Shown piece after piece: positions 39,074 to 46,138 of a stretch of 64,000 nucleotides of DNA. Every line of letters begins with the position of its first letter. Position 1 is the first letter of the stretch. The position numbers and the translations under genes were made by a program. The DNA is from Anaerohalosphaeraceae bacterium. GTDB lineage: Bacteria > Planctomycetota > Phycisphaerae > Sedimentisphaerales > Anaerohalosphaeraceae. The notes beneath the pieces were generated by a model. It made no database searches, was not told the origin of the DNA, and worked only from the letters and a program-made list of their open reading frames with translations. The stretch covers positions 192,001-256,000 of the forward strand of contig JBNRMN010000033.1 of the NCBI GenBank assembly GCA_050309605.1, written 5' to 3'.

Positions 39074-39295
39074 TCAGGTTTTGCGTGAAGCGCAATAATA
39101 CATTCCCGACAGGCCGCACTGTTCCCACAGCGGGCACTCCGGACAATTGCAGCCGCGTTTTTCGATGGGCTGTTTGGCGGGGCCGCGGGCACAATACAGC
39201 CCTTCTTTGGAGCCTTTGGGGTAGCTCGGACAGGTCGAGCAGTTGCCCTGCATACAGACGGCAAAATGTTCACGGGTATCTTCAACTTTGGCCAT
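39074..39295 (-). CDS. Small Cys-rich protein (DUF2769-like)
   Basis: CSTCPSY...LYCARG...CNCPECP...YYC pattern. Confidence 0.75.
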   Translation of the reverse strand: MAKVEDTREHFAVCMQGNCSTCPSYPKGSKEGLYCARGPAKQPIEKRGCNCPECPLWEQCGLSGMYYCASRKT

Positions 39296-39349
39296 AACAG
39301 CTTATTTCCCGAGCGGTCCTTTTCGGCCGCAACAAGTCAATTCATTGAT

Positions 39350-40165
39350 TTATTTTTTCAATACACATATCGCTTCGGGCTGATTGAGGCAAAGAGCGAT
39401 GCTTTCCGATACCATAAATTCATAGGTATTGCCGGTCGGTCCAATGAAGCTTGTCACCAGATCCCGTCCGAGGACAATGCTTGTGCATTGCCCGCAACTG
39501 CAAAGCAGCACGCCTCCGGATGAGATACCCGGCGCCTTGACGATGCTGTCGGTTATCATTTGCCCGATGTGTTCCAGTTCGGTTTGATTGCCCTGAGGAT
39601 ACCGCCGAAACAGGAAATTATACAGATCGGGCGACAGGGCGAGGGTATACGGTCCGGGAAAGCCCGCCTTGTCCATCGCGGTTATTGCGCGGATCATATC
39701 CTCGGCTGCGGTTCCGACGTTGTCCCAGGAACTGAGTTTGATCGAATGACCGCCGGAGGCGGTAGTCAGGCCTTCCAGTCCGAGCGATTTGGCGCCGTTG
39801 AATAGCAGGGCATCTTCCTGTCGGGCGCAATCAATTGCCGCGGCGGCGGCTCGCCCCAAATCAATGGGCATACCACATTCTTCAAATGCGGCTACGTCGC
39901 GAATGGGCAGAGAAAACTTACTGTAAATCATCACCAGCGGCATCACGCATGGGGCGGTCATCTTGGCGCTGCCGACGGTTTTTTCGTCGAGGGGTTTGTC
40001 TTGGGAAGGATAATCCCGCATGCCCAGTCCAAACGGCCCCTGTGTCGGCAACATCCGCCGCGCGGTCATTTGACTCTTGGCCGCTGCGACGACGGTTTCG
40101 TCAATCTTTGCCCATAATTTTTCGCCGAAGGGCGCATCATTGCGATGTAAAAATCGTTCTGTCAT
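39350..40165 (-). CDS. Family 1 encapsulin shell protein (Linocin M18-like)
   Basis: FLHRNDAPFGEKLWAKID...ARRMLPTQGPFGLG, EDALLFNG, GPYTLALSP; 271 aa; cargo gene directly upstream. Confidence 0.92.
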   Translation of the reverse strand: MTERFLHRNDAPFGEKLWAKIDETVVAAAKSQMTARRMLPTQGPFGLGMRDYPSQDKPLDEKTVGSAKMTAPCVMPLVMIYSKFSLPIRDVAAFEECGMPIDLGRAAAAAIDCARQEDALLFNGAKSLGLEGLTTASGGHSIKLSSWDNVGTAAEDMIRAITAMDKAGFPGPYTLALSPDLYNFLFRRYPQGNQTELEHIGQMITDSIVKAPGISSGGVLLCSCGQCTSIVLGRDLVTSFIGPTGNTYEFMVSESIALCLNQPEAICVLKK

Positions 40166-40216
40166 AGATGCTCTCCATCATCTTTCATTTATCCTTTTGT
40201 TGATGCTGTTGCCGAG

Positions 40217-40585
40217 TTACGGCTTCAAGCTGCCCGGCGTTGCGATGGACGGTTTCGGCGGCGGTTCATTTGCATCGGAAGGCGAATCGATCTCGGCGGC
40301 CATCTCATCGACTTCCTCGGCGCCTTTGTCCAGATAATGCGCTTCATCCTTCAGCAATATCGCCAGCAAACGCTGGAATTCGCCGACATGAACACGTTCT
40401 TCATTGGCAATATCGAGAAGCACTTTTTTGGCCAACTCATTGTCGGTGGCCTCGGCGTGTGCTTCGTAAAGGGAGACCGCCTCTTCTTCGGCGGCCAGGT
40501 CGAGCCGCAGGGCACGAGCCAGTTCCGCATCGCTCATCTTGCGTCCCGGTACGACTCCGCTGAATGGATTGGTGAATTCCGGCAT
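40217..40585 (-). CDS. Encapsulin cargo: ferritin-like protein with C-terminal targeting peptide
   Basis: AEEEAVSLYE and DIANEERVHVGEF di-iron motifs; Pro-rich linker ending ATPGSLKP. Confidence 0.88.
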   Translation of the reverse strand: MPEFTNPFSGVVPGRKMSDAELARALRLDLAAEEEAVSLYEAHAEATDNELAKKVLLDIANEERVHVGEFQRLLAILLKDEAHYLDKGAEEVDEMAAEIDSPSDANEPPPKPSIATPGSLKP

Positions 40586-40611
40586 TTCAACATGTCTCCG
40601 TCAAGCTCGAT

Positions 40612-41013
40612 TTAATCGGTTACCTCGATATCCACTTCATATTCCCAGCATCCGTGCAGATTGCATCGTTCAAAGGCGCGCAGCTTGCCGTGTCCGTGAT
40701 CCAGCGCCACACAGACCTTCATTGCCGGGCACGTAGTTTTGGCCGTGAAATCCATTCGCGCCAGATACGTCTCACCCGCATACAGCTCGATAAACTGAAT
40801 GAAGTGTCCCGGCTCATTCGGGTGTTTGAGCAGTTTGCCCACTTCGACGGTCACCTCAAAACATTCGCCTTTTTTGACGCGCTTGGGAGCGGTGATTACC
40901 GGCAGATGCTTTTTTTCAAGATCACCGGCCTGCTCCGGATCGGGCACGATATTGACCCCGCAGAAAATGTCTTCCGCGCATTCCTCATTGACCTGTTTGG
41001 CTTTCGTAAACAT
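40612..41013 (-). CDS. Superoxide reductase (1Fe neelaredoxin / class II SORL)
   Basis: EKKH, HPNEPGHFI, CNLHG iron ligands; no desulforedoxin domain. Confidence 0.9.
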   Translation of the reverse strand: MFTKAKQVNEECAEDIFCGVNIVPDPEQAGDLEKKHLPVITAPKRVKKGECFEVTVEVGKLLKHPNEPGHFIQFIELYAGETYLARMDFTAKTTCPAMKVCVALDHGHGKLRAFERCNLHGCWEYEVDIEVTD

Positions 41014-41108
41014 GTGTCATTCCTTTCCAATTTATTGTGATTCCTTAACGATAAACCGTGCCGCCGCTTCTGCGGTAACTTCTTATACTCAAGCCGTTTG
41101 GATTCCGA

Positions 41109-41125
41109 AATAGGGAAATTCCTTA
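41109..41125. promoter_or_regulatory. Imperfect palindromic operator AATAGGGAAATTCCTTA, copy 1
   Basis: Identical 17-mer at 41970; lies 21 nt upstream of a TATAAG -10-like hexamer on the minus strand. Confidence 0.75.
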
Positions 41126-41209
41126 TTTTGTCCTTCACGATCCCTTAAACACAACGACTGTGTGTCGCCCGTCCTGTGATTGTGCGGTCGCAGGACGTTG
41201 GCCGACACG

Positions 41210-41674
41210 TTAGATTTCTTCCACATCGCTGTGGGGCGCAACGGAAAAATCGATCACGGTTTGGATATGAATGCACAACCGCCGCTCCAGTTGCGGCAGG
41301 GGGATTTGCCCTTCGGTTTGCGGCGCATAGCCGTTCAGGACGCCGACATTTTTGTAATCCGTCAGCGTTCCGACCAACTGGTATCCAACGTCCGTTTCTT
41401 TTTCCCACACGACCACTGAAATGCGCCTGTTTTGACGTAAATTTTTGACGGTACCGGGGCAGAACCACTCTGAGATGCTGATGTTCTCCGGTCCGATTTT
41501 TTCCATTTCGCCGGCGGCGGCCAGATGCGGCAAGCCATCGACGTCGGCCGTTGCAATAAAAACATGCCCGACCTTTTTGGCAAGGGCGACGGCTTTCTCG
41601 AGCACGTCGTTTTTTGTGTCGGCTCGTTTGGCCGGGGGGTCGTGGCAGGGATGGGTCGCGGCGGATGTGTTCAT
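41210..41674 (-). CDS. Pyridoxamine 5'-phosphate oxidase-like FMN-binding split-barrel protein
   Basis: FIATADVDGLPH, TVKNLRQNRRISV, GYQLVG. Confidence 0.8.
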   Translation of the reverse strand: MNTSAATHPCHDPPAKRADTKNDVLEKAVALAKKVGHVFIATADVDGLPHLAAAGEMEKIGPENISISEWFCPGTVKNLRQNRRISVVVWEKETDVGYQLVGTLTDYKNVGVLNGYAPQTEGQIPLPQLERRLCIHIQTVIDFSVAPHSDVEEI

Positions 41675-41856
41675 AATGCCTCCGGTTTACACAGGTTTTG
41701 GGCGTTGGCGGCCACACGGCCGCAGTTTTGACAGACAAATTTTCCGTCCCGTACCAGCGATTTGTAATCGTCCGGATAGGAAACCGGATAGCCCAGGTTG
41801 TTCAGATAGCATAGATGTTTGTCGTGGCCCGGATGGGGCATCTTGGGTTTATCCAT
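41671..41856 (-). CDS. Small His/Cys metal-binding protein (61 aa)
   Basis: HDKHLC...CQNCGR...NLCKP; GGGGAG RBS; start/stop overlap with the next gene. Confidence 0.75.
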   Translation of the reverse strand: MDKPKMPHPGHDKHLCYLNNLGYPVSYPDDYKSLVRDGKFVCQNCGRVAANAQNLCKPEAL

Positions 41857-41969
41857 CGTTCTGTCTCCCTGTCTGGATTAACATATCTCTTGAGCCGCTA
41901 CGTCTGATATTGAATCCGGTTCATTCAACGGGATAAAATGCAGATTAGCCGCTCGGTGGTGTAAAAGTG

Positions 41970-41986
41970 AATAGGGAAATTCCTTA
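41970..41986. promoter_or_regulatory. Imperfect palindromic operator AATAGGGAAATTCCTTA, copy 2
   Basis: Identical to 41109-41125; 22 nt upstream of a TAATCT -10-like hexamer on the minus strand. Confidence 0.75.
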
Positions 41987-42140
41987 AAAACTTAGCCCGA
42001 ATTGCTGAATCGATTGAGGCCAGGATCATGAAGCGGTTGTTTTGACGGCTTGAGAGCGGATTTTCTGATAAAAAAACGAGACTCCCCCCCGGTTGGCCCG
42101 TTGTTGTGCGCGTGAAATCGTTTCGTTTGATCAGCGGGGA

Positions 42141-42551
42141 TTAAAACCCGTAAACTTGGCGCAGTTGGTCTTCTGTCGGTCGATTCGGATAGCGTTCCCC
42201 GCGCGGGCCGATGTACGCCGGTCCGTCTTTGACCAGACGCACGGGGATCTGCGATCCGTTGGTGTTGGTAATCCAGACGGTTTCGGTGCCGGCCTCGGAA
42301 CGAATGGCGTTTATCTCTTGTCTCTGACGGGCTTTGTCCTGTTCGTTGCCGATCATATACCCTGCGCCGGCCCCGACGCCGGCCCCGATGAGCGTCGATT
42401 GAGTGTCCCGTCCGATCAATTGACCGGCCCCTGCGCCGATGGCGGAACCCAACAGTGCTTTGTTTTGTGCGTCGGTTTCACATCCCGCGATTCCAATCAG
42501 TCCAAAACCGACCGCAAAAACCAACATTCCAGTGCACATCTTACGCTTCAT
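42141..42551 (-). CDS. Glycine-zipper lipoprotein
   Basis: Lipobox IAGC; GSAIGAGAGQLIG...IGAGVGAGAGYMIG. Confidence 0.85.
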   Translation of the reverse strand: MKRKMCTGMLVFAVGFGLIGIAGCETDAQNKALLGSAIGAGAGQLIGRDTQSTLIGAGVGAGAGYMIGNEQDKARQRQEINAIRSEAGTETVWITNTNGSQIPVRLVKDGPAYIGPRGERYPNRPTEDQLRQVYGF

Positions 42552-42711
42552 TTCACTTTCCTTTCACTGTAAAGCGGTATGAATAACACTCGTTCTTATC
42601 GTTTCATTCTACTGCCAAAGGCGGTTCGGGGTTCGTCCCTTGTAAAATACGTTTCATGGGCTATAATCATTTCATTGAATGACAAAATGACCTTAAAAAC
42701 GGAGTTTTTGT

Positions 42712-43509
42712 ATGAAATCAAGGCTTGTGATCAACGGCGCCGCCGGGCGGATGGGCAAGCGTATTCTGGCTTTGGCGTGTGAGGAGACCGACTTGTCCAT
42801 AGTTGGGGCTGTAGAATACCCGAAACACCCAGATATAGGTAAAGACGCCGGCGTTTTGGCGGGTTTGGAATCGCTGGATCTGCCGGTTAGCAGTACCCTG
42901 CCCGATGAAGCGGATGTGTTGATTGATTTTTCCCTGCCGGATGCGGCCGACGGCGTTATGGATCATTGTCGCAATCAGGGTATTGCCCTGGTGATGGGCA
43001 CGACGGGACTGACGCCCGAACAGCGGCAGCGGCTGGCCAGGGCCGCTGAAAAGATTGCTGTTGTGCAGGCGACCAATATGAGCCTGGGGATGAATCTGCT
43101 GTTTGCACTGGTCGGCAAGGTGGCTCGGTCGCTGGGCGAAGGTTATGATATTGAGATCGTCGAGGCGCACCATCGCTTCAAAAAAGACGCCCCCAGCGGC
43201 TCGGCGCTGTCGCTGGCCGAGGCGATTTGCGAGGAAACCGGTCGGACGTGTCCGGATGTTTTGACCCACGGACGCCGCGGCAAAGAGGCCCTTCGTCAAC
43301 AAGGCGAAATCGGGATGCACGCCATTCGGGCCGGCGATATTATCGGACAGCATTCGGTTCTTTACAGTACGCTGGGCGAATCGATTACCCTGAGCCATAC
43401 CGCTCACTCCCGCGATACGTTCGCACGCGGGGCGCTGCGGGCGGCCTTGTGGGTACTTGACCAAAAGCCCGGCCTGTACTCAATGAAGGACGTGCTGGGG
43501 CTGGCCTGA
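42712..43509 (+). CDS. dapB: 4-hydroxy-tetrahydrodipicolinate reductase
   Basis: GAAGRMG, GTTG, EAHHRFKKDAPSGSA, FARGAL. Confidence 0.97.
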   Translation: MKSRLVINGAAGRMGKRILALACEETDLSIVGAVEYPKHPDIGKDAGVLAGLESLDLPVSSTLPDEADVLIDFSLPDAADGVMDHCRNQGIALVMGTTGLTPEQRQRLARAAEKIAVVQATNMSLGMNLLFALVGKVARSLGEGYDIEIVEAHHRFKKDAPSGSALSLAEAICEETGRTCPDVLTHGRRGKEALRQQGEIGMHAIRAGDIIGQHSVLYSTLGESITLSHTAHSRDTFARGALRAALWVLDQKPGLYSMKDVLGLA

Positions 43510-43528
43510 GTGCCAAAAGACGAACAGG

Positions 43529-43566
43529 CAAATCGGAAACTAACGGTTCGCTAATCGTGCCCTAAC
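43529..43566 (+). promoter_or_regulatory. Pho-box-like direct repeats with 11-bp period
   Basis: CAAAT (43529), CTAAC (43540), CTAAT (43551), CTAAC (43562) directly upstream of the response regulator. Confidence 0.65.
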
Positions 43567-43617
43567 ACACAGAGGGGATACTGCCGAGCGGTAACTGTTG
43601 TTTGATGCGGAGCGGCT

Positions 43618-44307
43618 ATGGCCCAGGAAAAAATTTTGATCGTCGAAGATGAAGACGACGTGGTTGAATTGGTGCGGTACAACCTCGAAAAGGGCGGGTA
43701 TTTGACCGATGTCGCCATGACCGGACGCGAGGCGCTGGCCAAAGTCAAGTCGGGTGTACCGGATCTGGTGCTGCTGGATTTGATGCTGCCTGAGATCGAC
43801 GGGCTTGAGGTCTGCAAGTTGATTAAAAACGATGCCGAGACCGCGGCGATTCCTGTGGTGATGCTTACGGCCAAAGGCACCGAATCGGATATTGTCGTCG
43901 GCCTGGAAATGGGCGCCGACGATTATATTACCAAGCCGTTCAGCCCGCGTGTTTTGCTGGCGCGCGTCAAGGCGGTGCTGCGGCGTCAGGAACAGCCGGT
44001 CGAATCCGACAAAACCGTTCTGCGTATTCATGACATTGAAATCGATGCGGGCAAGCACCGCGTCCTGGTCCGCGGCAAGCAGGTCAAGCTGACCGGCACA
44101 GAGTTTAATCTGCTGCGATTTCTGGCGGCACGTCCGGGCTGGGTTTTTACGCGGTATCAAATTGTCGATGCCATCCACGGCAGCGATTATCCGGTTACGG
44201 ATCGGTCGATTGATGTGCAGGTCGTCGGTCTGCGCAAAAAGCTGGGCAGTGCGGGCAAATACATTGAAACCGTACGCGGCGTCGGTTACCGCTTTGAGGA
44301 AGCATGA
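43618..44307 (+). CDS. phoB: OmpR/PhoB-family response regulator (PhoB/PhoP-like)
   Basis: VEDE, LLDLMLP, MLTAK, DDYITKPF; winged helix IETVRGVGY. Confidence 0.85.
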   Translation: MAQEKILIVEDEDDVVELVRYNLEKGGYLTDVAMTGREALAKVKSGVPDLVLLDLMLPEIDGLEVCKLIKNDAETAAIPVVMLTAKGTESDIVVGLEMGADDYITKPFSPRVLLARVKAVLRRQEQPVESDKTVLRIHDIEIDAGKHRVLVRGKQVKLTGTEFNLLRFLAARPGWVFTRYQIVDAIHGSDYPVTDRSIDVQVVGLRKKLGSAGKYIETVRGVGYRFEEA

Positions 44308-46115
44308 CCATGAGACGTCGGCTGATCTGGCAGATTTATCCGTTCTTCCTGATGGTGGCGCTGGTCGGTTTGCTGGCGCTGTCGGGGAACGTCTCGATTT
44401 TGCTGAGACAGTTTTATCGTGCAGAAAAAACGGATGAGTTGGAACGTCTGGCGCGTGTGGTGATGCCGCTGTTTGAGGACGTCATCGGAACCGATCGGTA
44501 CGACACGATGCAGGCGATTTGTCGTCAGTTGGGACAGGCCACGTCGCTTCGGTTTACGCTGATTGATTCGGAAGGTAAGGTGCTGGCCGATTCGGATCAA
44601 GACCCGCGTCAGATGGACAATCATCTGATGCGTCCTGAGGTGCAGACGGCGCTGAATGAGGGGTTTGGGTCGAATATTCGCTTCAGTCGCACGGTTCGGG
44701 AGGAATTGCTGTATGTCGGCTTGCCGCTTCAGCGGGACGAGTCCACCGCGGCGGTGCTTCGAATCGCCGTGCCGCTGGTTGAGCTGCGCCGCACAACACG
44801 TTTGATTTTTGGGGATGTGGTACAGTACAGTCTGATGATCGCCGTGCTGCTGGCGCTGCTGAGTTTGGCGCTGTCGTGGAAGATCAGCCGTCCGCTTGAG
44901 TTGCTTCGCCGCGGCGCGCAGCGATTTGCCCAGGGCGACCTGAAGCATCGCCTGCCGGTTCCTTCCTCGCGTGAAATCGGGGCGCTGGCCGAGGCGATGA
45001 ATCAGATGGCCGCTCAACTTGACGAACGGATTCGCACGGTGATTACGCAGCGCAATGAACAGCAGGCCGTGCTTGCCAGTATGACCGAGGGCGTTCTGGC
45101 CATCGATATGCAGGGTCGCGTGATGAGCGTCAACAAGGTGGCTGCGCAGATGCTCCAGAATCCGTCTCAGACAGGTTCCGGGCGCAGTATCGAGGAGGTG
45201 GTGCGCAATACCGAGCTTCAACATTTTATCCGCCGGGCGCTGGACAGCGCCGCATCGGTCGAAGCTCGGCTGGTTTTGCACGACAGTCCGGATGCCGAAC
45301 GGCATCTTCAGGTCAGCGGTGCGCCGCTGCGGGATGAGGCAGGCCAAAAAATCGGCGTTTTGATTGTGCTCAATGACATTACGCAGATCCATCGTCTGGA
45401 ACAGTTGCGCCGTGATTTTGTCGCCAATGTTTCGCATGAACTGAAAACGCCGGTTACGTCCATCAAGGGATTTATTGAGACGCTGCTGGATGGAGCGATG
45501 GATAACCCCGACGACCGGCGGCGGTTCCTGGAGATTATTGCGCGGCAGGCGCATCGGCTCGATTCGATTATTGATGATCTGCTGACGCTGTCGCGGCTGG
45601 AGCAGCAAAGCAAAAGAGAACGGGCCGAGCTTGCTGCGGCAAAGATTCGCCCGATCCTGACTGCGGCGGCGGATTTGTGTCAGGTGTTTGCCGCGGAAAA
45701 GAACATCCCTATCGAAATCGACTGTCCCGACGATCTGGAAGGTTGCGTCACTGCCTCCTTATGTGAACAGGCGGTGGTGAATCTGGTGGACAACGCGATC
45801 AAATACAGCGACCCCGGCCGGCCGGTGCGTCTTGAGGCCGAACGTGTCGGAGAGGAACTGTTGATCCGTGTTCGCGATCACGGCTGCGGCATCGCCGCCG
45901 AGCATCTGCCGCGGCTGTTTGAGCGGTTCTATCGGGTGGACAAGGCCCGCAGCCGCAAACTGGGCGGAACCGGTCTGGGGCTGGCCATTGTCAAGCACAT
46001 CGCGCAGTTCCACAACGGACGCATCACCGTTGAAAGCCAACTGAATCAGGGCAGCGTTTTTACCCTGCATCTGCCGCAATGTGCCCATCAGGGCGGCGGC
46101 AGTGAAAGCCCATAG
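44304..46115 (+). CDS. phoR: Sensor histidine kinase (PhoR-like; HAMP, PAS, HisKA, HATPase)
   Basis: RDFVANVSHELKTP, NLVDNAIKY, FERFYRVDKARSRKLGGTGLGL. Confidence 0.88.
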   Translation: MTMRRRLIWQIYPFFLMVALVGLLALSGNVSILLRQFYRAEKTDELERLARVVMPLFEDVIGTDRYDTMQAICRQLGQATSLRFTLIDSEGKVLADSDQDPRQMDNHLMRPEVQTALNEGFGSNIRFSRTVREELLYVGLPLQRDESTAAVLRIAVPLVELRRTTRLIFGDVVQYSLMIAVLLALLSLALSWKISRPLELLRRGAQRFAQGDLKHRLPVPSSREIGALAEAMNQMAAQLDERIRTVITQRNEQQAVLASMTEGVLAIDMQGRVMSVNKVAAQMLQNPSQTGSGRSIEEVVRNTELQHFIRRALDSAASVEARLVLHDSPDAERHLQVSGAPLRDEAGQKIGVLIVLNDITQIHRLEQLRRDFVANVSHELKTPVTSIKGFIETLLDGAMDNPDDRRRFLEIIARQAHRLDSIIDDLLTLSRLEQQSKRERAELAAAKIRPILTAAADLCQVFAAEKNIPIEIDCPDDLEGCVTASLCEQAVVNLVDNAIKYSDPGRPVRLEAERVGEELLIRVRDHGCGIAAEHLPRLFERFYRVDKARSRKLGGTGLGLAIVKHIAQFHNGRITVESQLNQGSVFTLHLPQCAHQGGGSESP

Positions 46116-46138
46116 CGGCTGTTAGCCGTCGGTTGATT

